DNA of 64,000 bases from Nageia nagi (lineage: Eukaryota > Plantae > Pinophyta): positions 112,034,001-112,098,000 of the forward strand of contig JBITNC010000001.1 of assembly GCA_050084985.1 (NCBI GenBank), given 5' to 3'. Below, piece after piece: positions 13,965 through 27,200 of the stretch. The translations under genes and the position numbers were made by a program. Every line of letters starts with the position of its first letter. Positions within the stretch are counted from its first letter, which is position 1. Below the pieces are notes generated by a model. That model searched no databases. It saw nothing but the letters and a program-made list of their open reading frames with translations, and was not told where the DNA came from.

Positions 13965-15024
13965 CACTACTACATTTTAGAAATTTTGCATCACACCATG
14001 CATCAATCTATAGAATTATTTTTTCAAAAGTAATTGTATAAATCATGATGCATCAATTTATGGTAATGATGTTGTAAAATAAATCATGATTTTTTGCATA
14101 AATTAAAATATCATGCATTATGTTGCACATCAATGTTTTGAGTGTCAAATATTCAAAATTCTATAGGATGTATAAAGCATTATTTATAGCATGAAAATAA
14201 TAGGATACATGGATGATGAGGAACATATTATCAAATAATTCATGTATCTTCTCAATGCTTCCATATTTTGCATATATATATGTATCAAAAAATTTGATAA
14301 AAATATGATGTTAAAGATTCTTTGAAATCTCTCAATTTGGTGCATGCTTCGAGGATACTAGGTAAGGTGATATCATTTGATTGGACTACTACTTGTGTTT
14401 ATTGCATTAGTAAATCCATATATTTTGTAACCTAAAATTATATATTCCATGATAATATGTTTCATTTGGTCATATAGTCAAAAAATTGTTTCCACCAAAC
14501 ATCGAGGGTGTATATCAAACTCTGTAGGAAGGTGGCTAAAGTATGCAACACACATTTTGCTTATTACAAAATATAGATGCATACTAATCTCTATATTCTT
14601 CAACATGTATTTAGCTCCTACAGATCTCCATTACCAAAAATTCCCTTATAAATAGCAGCTCCTTCATTCAATCATTAATGGTATCATTCCTCTCATTAAA
14701 AATAGATCATTGATCAAGCAAATGCATCGATTATCAATAGTAGATCCTACTATGATTCATGTGCATGATCCACACCTTTTTTTCTTTTATACATATCACT
14801 TAATGTATTATTTGGAAAATCAATACATCAACCAATAGGTTAATGTATATGTAAAATAATACATCAATCCATACATCAACAATGACATCAACCAATGCAT
14901 CAAAAAAATTAGTTTAATATAGATTGATGTAAACATACCAAATAGTGATCCATCTTACATTATGGCATCAAAATACAATTTTATGATGTATGGTATGATG
15001 TGAAATCATTAAAATGTACTAGTG
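13965..15024. mobile_element. Non-autonomous CACTA (En/Spm) element, 1060 bp
   Basis: TIRs CACTACTACATTTT / AAAATGTACTAGTG (13/14). 3-bp TSD AAC/AAT. Subterminal CATCAA motifs. Removing it restores the LINE RT frame ...SFSILINGSTRG... Confidence 0.9.
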
Positions 15025-18000
15025 AATGGAAAAGGAGGGATTGCTGATCAAATTTGAAATCCATTAAACCCAACTTGAATCAAATCCAAATTTTTCCATC
15101 ATATGACCCCTAATGAACCCTATCAAAAACATTTTTCATATTTATTTTCAGTAATAGGCCCCTAATTTTTGGGAACTCAAGGAATGAATTAGCTTATGTA
15201 TAAGGATGGCTCCATCTATGAGTTATCATCCCTTCAAAAAAGCTTTTTGTTTATCTGATATGATGTTGGGTATCACTTGCTTAAGCCTATTGGAAGCCAC
15301 TTTAGATATGATATCATAAATGCAACTGCATAATGAAATTGGATGGATGACCTCAATCTATGTTACATCTTGAACCTTGGGTATGAAAGCTAGGAAGGTA
15401 TGGTTTAGTCTACTTAGGACTTAATTGGATTCAAGGTATTCTTTAACCACTCCTAGAATGTAATCTTCAAGGAGATACCAAAGATATTAGTAAAATTCAT
15501 GGGAAACCCATTAATACCTAATGTATAATACATTTTATTTTGGGAGATAAGATGATATAACTCATCTCTAGTAATTGATCTTGTAAGCATTTTATTTTAG
15601 GATGGAGAGACTAATTGAGGAATAAAAATCAAGAGCTGATTTAGGGCTTCAATTTATGGACCATGTTTTCTATGAGAAGCTCTTGGAAAAAGGAAATAAT
15701 ATGTTTATCTAGGTCCTTTGGGTATGTGATACCTTTTCCAATGGAGAAGATTAACTTTGTGATCCTATTAGTGGCTTTATGACACATAGTAGAGGGATGA
15801 AAATATTTAGTATTTAGTTAGCCATTGCACTCATGATTTTTGCTTCTAGAAGATCTCTTCTTGGAGGTGGTATCCATTTAGTTTTTTTAGGAGGGCATGT
15901 TCCTCTTCAATAAGTGTATCATCCTAGTCATATTGAAGTCTTTCTTCAACCAATTCCATCTCTTGTTCCACTAAAATCATATTTTCAAAGATGTTCCCAA
16001 ATGAGCACTTGCTCTACTATTTCAATTTCTCTTTCATCTTATTTCATTTGAAAGTAAATTGATACATATTGGTCCCATATACTCATATTTCCTCATTATA
16101 CCATCCCTCTACTAATTTAAAAAATGACTTATGCTTGATCCACATGAGTTCAAATGTTAAGGGTGTGCCTCACTAAATATTATGTAGTTCAATTGAGGTC
16201 ACGATGGGCCAATGGTCATATCCTATTAGAGGCAAAATCTCAATTTGTATAGGGATATCTTTATCAAACTAGTGTGAAGAAAATAAAAACCTATCAAGTT
16301 TTTCTAAGATCCTAAAATCTGGTGACTATTTTTTATCTATGTAAATTGGTCATTTTTACAGAAAACCTTAAGCAACTAATTTCTTTCAACATTGTTAAAG
16401 TCCTCATCACTTTTTTAGAGTTTACAAATTCCCTTTATTTCTCTCTTAGATTATTGATAGCATTGAAGTCAACCCCAATGATACTAGGAAGATCTTTATA
16501 CTTAGCCAACTAAGCTGAAAGTAAATTCTAAAATTCCTTCTTTTGGTATGAATTTTGGGACCTATACATATTGATTAAAGAAAAGGTAGTTCCAAAAGCT
16601 AAGAATCTTATGTGAACAACCATTCAAGAATTTTTTTTACACTATCCAAAATACATTTTGTATTGGATTTATCCCATAAAATGGAATTATAACTTGAGTG
16701 GTTATTTGAATATCTACCTAGGATTGAGCATTTAGGCCAAAACTTTATCTTAAATAGTTCTACTTTAGATACAGAGGATTTGGTTTTCTAAATGAATAAA
16801 ATAGAAGGTTTTTTATATTGAACTAAGAATCTTATCATTCATAATTTTATAGATGGAATGGAGGCCTCAAGTATTCCATGATGTAAATATCATTAGCCTA
16901 CCTACCCTTTTTTTGGGTCTATCAGCTCCTCAAGTTGGTACTATGTACCTCCCTCAATGCCTTTAAAAGAAGCCTATTATAGTTTTTCCTTATGGAACAT
17001 GACCCCTCTTCTTGTGAATGCTTGCATTTCATGCCTTTATTTTGTTTGTGGTTTTATTAAAAGGAATGAACTTGGAATCCAAATTTTGATAACATGGTTT
17101 GGGATTTATGGAGGCTAGTTCTACCATTGACATGGAATCATTTTTCAAGGGAGCATCCAATATGTTGGTGTCTATTTCATCAAGCAACACCTCCTTCTTG
17201 GGATGATCCTTTATAGGTCCACTATCCCTAATGAATAGAGGGTTCTTAACTCCCTTAGATCAAGGGATAATTATGGATCTATTATTTCTATGAATTGCAT
17301 AATTGTATGAGATGAGGCTTGAGTTTCTACAAGTTCTACCTCAAACTAGAGATATTGGAATCTATTATGATTTAGACTATTTGTAGATGGACTAATTGGT
17401 TTATCACATATTTGGTTTCTATTACCATGTTGAGTTTTAGATTTTCTAGTATTAGTTTTTCATTTTTGTTATTGAAATCCATTTGTATTAGTAGTAAGCT
17501 TTGGTTCATTAGGGTTAGCATAGGAGAAACTTTGACAAGATGACCATATTCAAAGCACACATTGCACTAAAGGGAATATTTTTGTAATCAATTATTTATA
17601 TTGGTTCAATACCATCATCAAGGAGACTAATGAGTATATTTTTAGGTAAGGGGGTTTCTAATTCTACATGGACAGATATCCAAGTACTTGAAAGGAACTT
17701 TTTTTCAAGAGTATAGTCTAAAGCACATAGGTACACTCTAATATAGTTACAAATAGGTTCAATCACCTCTTCCTCCCATATCCCTAGTGGTAATTCTATA
17801 ATATAACCTATATAGTGGATTCAAAGGGATTTTCTACACTTATTTTGAAATCATAGTGCCATGGCTTCATGAATAAGCTAGATCTAGCAAAAAACCAAGG
17901 ACCTCCTTGGAAGATCAAATCTCTATCTTATTAAATTGCAAACAAAGCTAAGAATTAGTCATTGGAGTAATGAATAACAAATACTTCACCTTTGGTAACA

Positions 18001-18519
18001 TAGTGATTTGTAACCCAACCTTTGATGTTCTATGAATGAATCTTTATTCCCAAGAAGCAACATATGATTCCCTAATTTTCCAAGATTTACATCCTAGTAG
18101 TTATGTTTTGACACCTTATCTCAACTTATGGCATATTAGATGTGGCTTTTAAGAATCTATTTTTATTTTTATTTGGATTCTTTGGGAGGTTAAGTATACA
18201 TGGCAATAGTATCTTCAAACTAGGGATATGCTAGGATGTCACTGGTTTGGTCCTAAGTGTGTCACATAAAGATAGTTTATTTGGACCTCCTAGGGTACCA
18301 CCACTATCATCACTAATAGGGATGTGGTTTTTAATATCCTTATCATGCATTGCATTGAAATTCATTTCCTTAGGGGGTTTATATGGATCCGCCATCCCTA
18401 GCTCCATGGGCCTATAGACTCATTTATGCATTTGCACTATAAGAGTATAGAAGGGTTTGCTTCACATTTACACAATCAAGATTGTAAACCTTGTAATTTA
18501 TTTTGGGGGGATTATTATT

Positions 18520-19040
18520 ATTATTTTTTGTATGAAAAATAATTTTTATATTACTAAACAAATTTTCATACAAAAAGCTTGGGTGGAGTTAAGCACACCC
18601 CATGGATGAACATAACCATAAACTAACTACAAAGAGTAACAAAATGATTACAAAAATATCACATCATAAGGAGTACATTATAAAATAATAGTGACCAAAA
18701 ACAAATCCTTAAAGTTTACTACCACCAACCAAAACACAATCCCCAAACCTTAATGACTAGCATAATAAAATTACATATGTTCCCAACCTCCACCCTTAGT
18801 AGAAGCCATATTCCATTCATCATTGTAATTTCTTAATCTGGCATTGGCACATATATCAATATCATAAGCTAGCTAGGGTGAAGGATTTGAGACATCTCCC
18901 CATCCCACAATTGAGGTAGATTTTTCTTACTGAACATTCAATCTACTTTGATAATGAGAAGTAGTATCCTCTCTAAGCTATATGCATTTATGATTAGAGG
19001 AGTGACACTACCAAACACATTTTGTAGTGAAGTAGGTGTG
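18520..19040 (-). mobile_element. Probable 3' fragment of another L1 LINE (RNase H-like tail and 3' UTR)
   Basis: Poly-T/(ATT)n tract followed by 'gtatgaaaaataatttttatatta', resembling the other LINE 3' ends in this window. Only weak RVT_3-like traces on the minus strand. Confidence 0.35.
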
Positions 19041-19482
19041 CAACTATGAGATCATCATTGAGGAGATTCATAAGATCATTCCTAAGGAGGAGGAAATGCA
19101 TCATGAGGGACATGATTAAGAGTGCAAGGAGTGTTCTTCAAATGGTCTAGTAAATTACATAAGTGCTAAACCTCCAGATGAACTTTATCAGCACAAACTA
19201 TAATCTAAAACTAGTAATCATAGAGAATAACATATTTCTCATCCAAAGAGAAGGTGGTGTAAGGGGCATTTGGGAAAATAATAATATTATTTCATATTTT
19301 CCAAATATGGTAGAGAATAGTTATTTTGAAAATATGGTAGACTTAACTTAAGGGCTCTAAACATTAAAGAGGATCCTTGAGAATACCATGATCCCTAGAA
19401 CAAGAAAAATTAAGAAAATATTAAAAAAGTAAAGAATCAATTCCCAAGCTTGCTTGGCCTTAGCACATGACTAAAAAATATA

Positions 19483-19560
19483 GGGAAAATTTTTAGTCAC
19501 ATGACAATAAGGATAAGTAGGAAAATTTTTAGTCACTTGACAATAAGGATAAGTAGGAAA
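19483..19560. repeat. ~37-bp tandem duplication
   Basis: ggaaaatttttagtcac(a/t)tgacaataaggataagta occurs twice. Confidence 0.85.
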
Positions 19561-22400
19561 AATATAGAGATCCTAAATTGAACCATACTGACCCAATGTT
19601 CATGTTAAGAGAAGTCGAGGGATCTTGAAAGAAATCAAGGAGAAAGTATCTATTGGAGAACAAGTTACCAGTGACTAAATGATTAACTAACTGAAGGAAC
19701 TAAAGAAAATAAAGAGCTTATTCTATATGTCCTATATAGTTTTCTTGTTACAAAAAGAAAATAATTTACCTTATTCCCATGGCATTAAAAGGGTCATCTA
19801 TAATGGAGTTATATTCATATGAGGACTAATGAGTGGGATTATGCAATCATCAAAGAATTGAAAGGGGCTCAAGATGTCCCTAGAATTTCTATTGATGTAG
19901 TTGATTTTTCTAAGAGGTTTTCTCATTTTTATCTTGAAGAGTTTGATAATTCCTATATCAATATTTTTTGCATAAATGTGACCCCATTCAAACTATCTTA
20001 TTACCTCAACAATATAATGGTGTTCCTTAAATTTGTGAGATAGATGTTTTATTTTAATAAGAAATTTGCTAATAAAAAGGAGGCACCCATTAAGATTCCT
20101 ATTAATCTCTCTTGGTATTGTTGCAATATTTGGTTAGAAGCAAAAATAGTTAAGTGTAAAATTGCAGTTTATGATTTTAAGAGCCATATCTTGAAGATAC
20201 ATTATGATCCAATTGGTGTAGTAGATAGGTTATGCTAAACATTTCATACTAAATACAAAAACCACACTCTTGTGATCTTGAATGATACATAAATAATTAT
20301 TTGAAGATGGAAATTCAAAGAATCTTTGAGCATTTATTGAAAGAGGAAAGAGATAAAAAGAAAGAAGTGATTAAAGATAAAAGTTGTGAAAGCCTTTTCC
20401 AACCACCTAAAATGCAACAAATAGTTGAGAAATACCTCACCAAGGATCCTAAATTCAATCAATTTGGCTCAATGCAAAGATTTGATGTGTTAAATATAAT
20501 AAATGTACCTACTCCAATTATTCCAACACCCAAGGTTGTAGAACTACAAGTTATTGGGAATTCAAAAGTCCCTTTCTAAAAGTGGAGAAAGTAACCATGT
20601 TGTTGCTCCTAGTCAAGATTCTTCTTCTAGAAATAGCTCTTTAGAGAGCTCTATTGAGTATGATAATGATGATCAATCAAAATTAGGAAACAATGATAAT
20701 AGGTTGAGAATTCATAGAAGAAATAAAGAAGAATCAAATGATGATGAAGGGAATGATGAAGGTCTTATGGAGTTCACTTTCAAGAAGAAATAAGACCTTG
20801 GCTTATCTACAGATACTCATACTAAGAGGGATGATGATTTTGTTAATATGATAGATTCTAAAGAACAAGGTGAAATCAAAGATGATACTCATACTCCCCC
20901 AGTAGTTTCTTCTATGATAGAATTAATTACCACTTATTCTTTCTTTATCCTAGAAGATTCACAATGAGAAGATATCATCTCAAAATCCCTTATATGAATA
21001 ATAGCAAAAGGATCCTCACAAACCATAAAATACGCAACTACGCATTTAGAGATCAAGAAAGGCTCCATTGCTCATAAAAACCCTAGATCACATAAATTGT
21101 CATCCAAGCATTCATCTAAGGCAACTAAAGGGGAGGGATATGGTGATGATGATGGTGATAATGATGATGATAATGAAGATAGGATAAAGATAAGAAAACA
21201 AGATGAGAATTACAAAAAATTATTACCATTGATGATGCTAGCACCCTTGATTAACTTAGTTCAAAGAATCTTCTACAGAGTATAGATATTGATGCATATT
21301 TAAAAAGGCTCAAAGAAGCTAGCAATGATAGTGAAAGAGAAGAAAACATGGATATTATATATGAAGAATCTACCCTGATCCCAAGAAAACTACCAACTTT
21401 CATAGAGTTTGGGAAAGATGATCTATGCATAAGTCAACTCTCAACCAATGTCAAGAAGCCAAAAGACAAAAGGAAAATAAATATTAGCACCACAAAATAT
21501 TACATTGGACCTTTAAGGATTGAATCAAATGCATATATCATCAATCAAGAAAGTAAGAACCTAACCAAGTTAGTATAGGAAAGAGAATCAAAGGTCAACA
21601 AGCTTAAGAACAAGGTAAAGAACGTGAAGAAGACCTTTAACAAATTTGAGATGTGAGCTAATAAAGAATATTTGAAGTCTAAATATAGAATACATTATAA
21701 ATTAGAGAAGAGAGTTGATAAAATAATTAATAAATCAATTAAAGTATTTAGGAAGGCTTATTATGACCTCATGTATCTTGATAATATTAATTTTCATCTT
21801 TATGATGCCAATGAGGATATCAACAAATTTGTTGGTCAATGGGAAGTAGAAGTGAAAAATATAGCCAAAATTTAACATGAAGAGATCAATTATGAGAGGA
21901 TAATATATTTTTATATAGAGTTTTCATTCCTTTTTGTTAGTTTTCAAGTGCTAAACCCATATGTAAATCTTTCAAGGAGAAATTTGATAGTGTATATAAA
22001 GAAAATTGAGATACCATTCTTTTAACAAAAATCCCTACTCTTGGTGAATCAAGTCATTAGAGGATTGATGATGAAGTGCAACAATATTTGAAAGAGATCT
22101 TATAGAAAAAATTAAAATCTTAGACTACAAATGTAGAGATCATTGAAGCATATTAACACTACTTATCATGGACTGCATAACTTAAAATAGCCCATTGAAG
22201 GATAAAGAGTTGGACAACAAGTAAAATGATTTATCAGTACCATGAACTATTGGAAGGCAATGATAAAGTTTGTATATTTTTATGAGGATACATCAAGGAA
22301 AAGATCATAGGAATGATGGCTTTGATGCCTTCTACTCCATTGATAAATTAAGAAAATGCATTATGTTGTTATTTGTTACATTATTATCATTGTAAATGGA
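19545..22400 (+). pseudogene. Decayed extra ORF of a gypsy/Tat element (~950 codons; globular N-part, acidic linker, probable coiled-coil C-part)
   Basis: Chain of plus-strand ORF fragments 19819-21875. Clearly homologous to 51697-52960 (e.g. MFYFNKKFANKK..HYDPIG vs MFYFHVNFAKEK..HYDPII). Confidence 0.7.
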
Positions 22401-23523
22401 ATTGACGGTGTTAGAAATCCCCCCTCTTAACATATAGAGTTCAATTATTTTTTAGATTTTTATTTTAAAATGATTTAGTCAAGTATACAAGTTAGTAATT
22501 TGAAACATAGCCAAATTTTGATGCTATGTAATTAGGGTTCTCTAAATTAGGTTTTCAAGGTAGTTAGGGTTTTTTGTAAAATATAACTTCCTTTGAGTAC
22601 TACGTAAAGACATGAAAGCCTCATGTGTAACTCTCTCTTGATTCTAAAAGTTACACTTTTAAAGCTTCAATAATATAAGATAGTATCTTTTACATCTCTC
22701 TTATATGTACTTTTTTCTTTGATACAAGTATATGTAGTGATTCATTTTCTATACTTTGATAATGATATCTTTTTCATAAACTTAAAAAGTAGTTAGTGTT
22801 TGAGTTACTGAAAGAAACATGAAGTATTATGCGAGCTATGCAACATAGTGTTTCATTAAAGGAACTAATTTTTTCATGATTGAGTAAAACAAACTAAGTG
22901 TAATGTAACTTAGATGGAGTATATCACCTCTTACTTATAACATGATTAACTTGGGAAATAATTCTTTAGCTTAGTTAGAAAAGTTAAGTGATTATTTACT
23001 TTTCAAGAATTAGTGGAATGATAGTTTAATTCAAAGACAAGAAACATTGTGAGAAAATTAAACTAAGCCTTTGTACATTTAGAGAAAAATATGAAAAAAT
23101 ACAAAAACAGCCATTCAATAAGTGAAGAGATACTTATATGAAACATATTATTATCTTTTTTTGTAACTTAGATAACTTGATGAAGTTTAATACAACTAGG
23201 TTACAAACATTAAATACTTGCTTACTTTTTAAGAATCAATTGAGAAATTATTTAATCTAAGTAGTAGAAAAGTTGTGAGAAGTATAACATAAGTCTTAAC
23301 ATAATCCATAAGTATAAAGAAAACACATCAACAACAAACTCTTTAAAAGGAGGATTTTAGATCCTTATTATTTGCTTTTTCTATTTGATAAGAAAAGTGG
23401 TTAATAGAATTGGTGACTTTGTTCAAGAAGTGAGTCTAGAACTACCATTTGACTAGTCAAAGTTATCTTGGTGACTTTGAACTATATTAGTCACTTTAAA
23501 AGTGTTCTAGGTGTAAATCAACA
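22400..23523 (+). mobile_element. Probable LTR (or LTR 3' part) preceding the Tat internal region
   Basis: Non-coding stretch ending GTAAATCAACA (23523), a TCAACA-type LTR end, after which coding-like Tat sequence starts. The left boundary and PBS are too decayed to fix. Confidence 0.45.
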
Positions 23524-24209
23524 TCAAAATTTACTCTTTTTTGAAAAGAGAACTTTAAAATGAAAAATAAAAAGAATTTTGAAGAAATATGGCAAATTTT
23601 CATCCTAACTCTTGAAGATATAATGCTTTACAAAATCAATAGGCTAGTAGAATTAGAGAAGAAATAAGAAATAAGACTCTATTTTTAGTGAATAAATCAT
23701 TAGTATTTTGGATCAAAATGAATCAAAAATAATGACTAGAGAAGAAGAAAGGTATCTCATGCCTACACTTCAAATCAAAAACCAAAAATTAGAAGATTTT
23801 TCCTTAATAGGACCTTTTGAAGTGACACAAATTAAGAGGTTTAAAGGCCAACCAAACCATTATCCATATTTTAAAAAAAAAATATAGAAATTTTAGGATA
23901 TCATACACAATCATATGGTGAATCAAATAAGGAAGATTTAGTTGAGTTTGAAACTAACTTCTTCTTACCTATCAAAAGAAATCCAATACAATTATCTTTG
24001 CAATATGTAGTTTCAGAATGGGTTAATAATCTTTCTTCAGTCATTAAAGATTCAAGGTTAGTTCTTCATATTCTTAAAATTATATCAAAATAATTATTGA
24101 TTCAAAGTCAAGAGAGAAATTTGTCATCAAAAAATCAAGAAGGGAACCAAGTTGTTAAAAGATATGCATATTTTTTCAAATCAAGCATGAAGTTAGATTG
24201 AACCTTATT

Positions 24210-27200
24210 TTTTATGAATAAAAAGATTTATTATTATAGAAAAGGTTTACAAAGTAGAAGGAAATTGGCACTCACACCAAAAAACTAGTGAAATAGAGAT
24301 TTGTATTGGAAAAATTAAGATGCCATAAGGGAGTTCTATGTTAAGAAAACATCAATGTACTCTACCTTTTGACAAAACCCATGTTGTATATCATAGCAAA
24401 GCCTATAACAATCAAGCATATATTGAAAAAATCTTAAATAGGTGATGAAGTTGAGACATTTCATTGGAAGTAAGATATGAGGAAATCATGTGCTTGGTGA
24501 GACACCAAGGTGTTGATATCACCTAAGGGACCCCAAAAAACCATGTTTGCTACAAAGGCCAATTTTAGCTAGGGCTATGAGTTAGGATCTATGGTGAAAG
24601 GGTGATTCACTACTACTCTATATACCTATAGAGTATGTGCCTAATGAATCTCTTCCATATGCATGTAAAGCTTTCTTTATATGAGGAGTGTTGATAATGG
24701 GGTGCCAGGAAATCAAAGGTTGCCCATGAGTTTGCCAAGTGGGGCACTTAGCTATGCTTTTTGGAAGGAGACATTGATGCCTAGTCACTGGGAAGGATCC
24801 CCTTTATAGTGGTCTTGATTCAAGAATACAAGAGGTGGACTTACAAAATAGGGGTTTGAAACCAAATTGAACTATGCAAGCCATAAGTATACTTGGGTAT
24901 GAGATCATATAAGTGAGATTAGGCCATTGATGCAATGGAGGGAGCAGGATACAAATGCTTTCTTTTTTAGGCTTGTTCATCCCTTTCCATACTCTCAATA
25001 TCCAATATTCCATCCTGAAAGGAAAATAGAGTATGCCAAAATGAGGCCAAATAAAGGGGCCCCAAGCAATGAGGATATGCCAATCATAGGGAGATAATGT
25101 CAAACTAATGGGTAAAGATTCCCAAATGTGGAGTATTTTAGCTTAAAAATGGGTCTAGATCTTATCAATTGTTGAATCTTATCTCTTAAATAGTCTATAG
25201 TTCCTCTTCAGCTAGATGTTCTATGTAAGCATAGTAGGGGCAGCTAGTAAAATAGATTTGAAGATTGCACATTGATTATGGGGGACCAAGACTAGACAAG
25301 TTGATTGATAGACCCAGGGGTGGACTAGGAGACTAATAAGTGAGATAGTAACTTGCTCCATAGGTTGAGAGAGTAGTGATAGTGGATTAACAAGTGGGAA
25401 CCTATTTTCTCTACTTCTCCACATAAGGAAAAGGTGAAATTACATAAGGAACCCCTCTTGCAAATTTATTCTCCTAAGACAAACTTGTTATGAGTAGCCA
25501 ACCATAAAAAAAATTTAGCTTTTGACCAAGTTGAAGATTTCCACAATCTGTTCCACATCTGTGGGGATAAAGGGTTAGGTAAACTATTAAGAATGGCTAT
25601 GTATAAACAAAAAATAGAGTATTTTTTTGATCTTATTAGTATCTAATAGACTTTTTCATCCTTGACCTCAAGAGGAAGATTGTACTCACTAAGAATTTCT
25701 TCAAAAAGTGTGGCCTCTAGGATGAGGTGGATTGTGATAGGGGATAACACTCTCCATGTTTTAGTGAGGATTCCATTGGACTCATAACATATCTAATAGT
25801 TTGGGACCTTAGATCCCCATTGATTAGTTAGGTAAGTTTTGATGTTATGTAGACAAGCATATCTATGGAGTCGATATGGTAAAATCCATGGGTCCTCCAA
25901 AAGTTCTACCTGACAACCATTTACAACATCCTATCTAAGAAAGGGGAGCATGAATCTCTAGGCCTTATGGATTCCATTACATATAATACATCTTATGGGA
26001 CCATCACTCATGCTGAAGATATGAGAAGGTATTAGAGAATCTAGGTACTTAGCCCTAAAGATTATGCTCCATTGAAAATGGTGTTTAGTATAGATGTACC
26101 AAATCAATTTACAAAGCATAGCAATGTTCATGCTCCTAAAGATTTTGATGTCAAGATCCCCTAGTTTTTTATTAGTGAAAACCATTTTCCAATCCACTAT
26201 ATGGATTTTCTTTTCAATACTATTACCCTACCAAAGGGTGTTTCTCATAGCTTTTTCCTAGGTTTTGATGATTTTGCCTAGGATCCAATAGGCTTCCACC
26301 CAAAATATTGGAGTAGCACTTAGAAGTGCCTTGATTTTTATTACTCTACCACTACAAGATAACCACTTTACTTTCAAGGATTGAAATACCAAGTTTACCT
26401 TGCCTACGATGTGCTCTCAGAAATCACAAATATTTCCACCTTTGACTAGGGCATGCCTAGGTATTTACTAGGAGAAAAGCAATACTCATGCCTATCATTC
26501 TAGAGAAGAGTCTAAGATGAGAGTTACAAAGGTTGAAACTAAAAATATTTAATTTTTATAGGTTTATGGCTTGATCAAAAATAGTTTTGTATGACCAAAG
26601 TAGGCTTTTCATCTTTAAGGATTTTATGAATGGAAGGAGAAATTAGTCTATAAGAGTTAATGGTGTTTGCATTTTCTAATTTTGGAATGAGGACTAGGAA
26701 AGTGTGATTCATCTTGTGTAGCTTTTCCTTGGAGAAGAAAGACTCTTGAACCATCCCAACATAATTTGCTTTGAGAAAATACCTAAAATACTAAAAGAAA
26801 GTAGGGGGAATCTATCAAGAATAGGTGCACCGAATGGTTTCCTTTGAAACAAAGTGGCCTCAACTTCATCATTTGAGATGGGGTCCATTAGAGCTAAGTT
26901 ATGCATAGGGGTAACCAACTTTAAAGTGATGTTTAGGAACTACTATTTTGCTTCCCATCATTCCATATCCTCTTTGATGAGAAGAGAGGAGTATAAGGCT
27001 ATAATATTCTACTCAATATCTATTGGGTGGGCTAGATTTTGGTCATTAGGTTTGTCTAGAGATGAGATACGATTTTGGGCCCTATGATTAATAGTAGAGG
27101 AATAAAAATACTTAGTATTTTTTTCATCCTCTTTGAGCCAATTTATGTGGGCTTTCTACTTCTAGTAGATCTCCTCTTTGGTTTAAATATCATCTAGCTA

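Larger units (their letters stand above)
10778..18462 (-). mobile_element. Full-length degenerate L1-clade LINE (ORF1, APE-RT-zf-RVT-RNase H), interrupted by two DNA elements
   Basis: ORF1: RDLIFQGGPWFFARSSLFMKPWH (~17860-17925) and CFEYGHL knuckle (~17550). RT: HPISLCSCIYDIISKVASNRLK, FSILINGSTRGFFKSS..QGDPLS and THSKLADDTLL (13709-13954 ORF). zf-RVT: KYFVWTVVHNKI...CVMCGEN (~11500-11630). Short poly-T tail at 10778. TSD CATATTTACATAATTG (10762-10777) vs CACATTTACACAATCA (18463-18478), with only transition differences. Confidence 0.88.
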
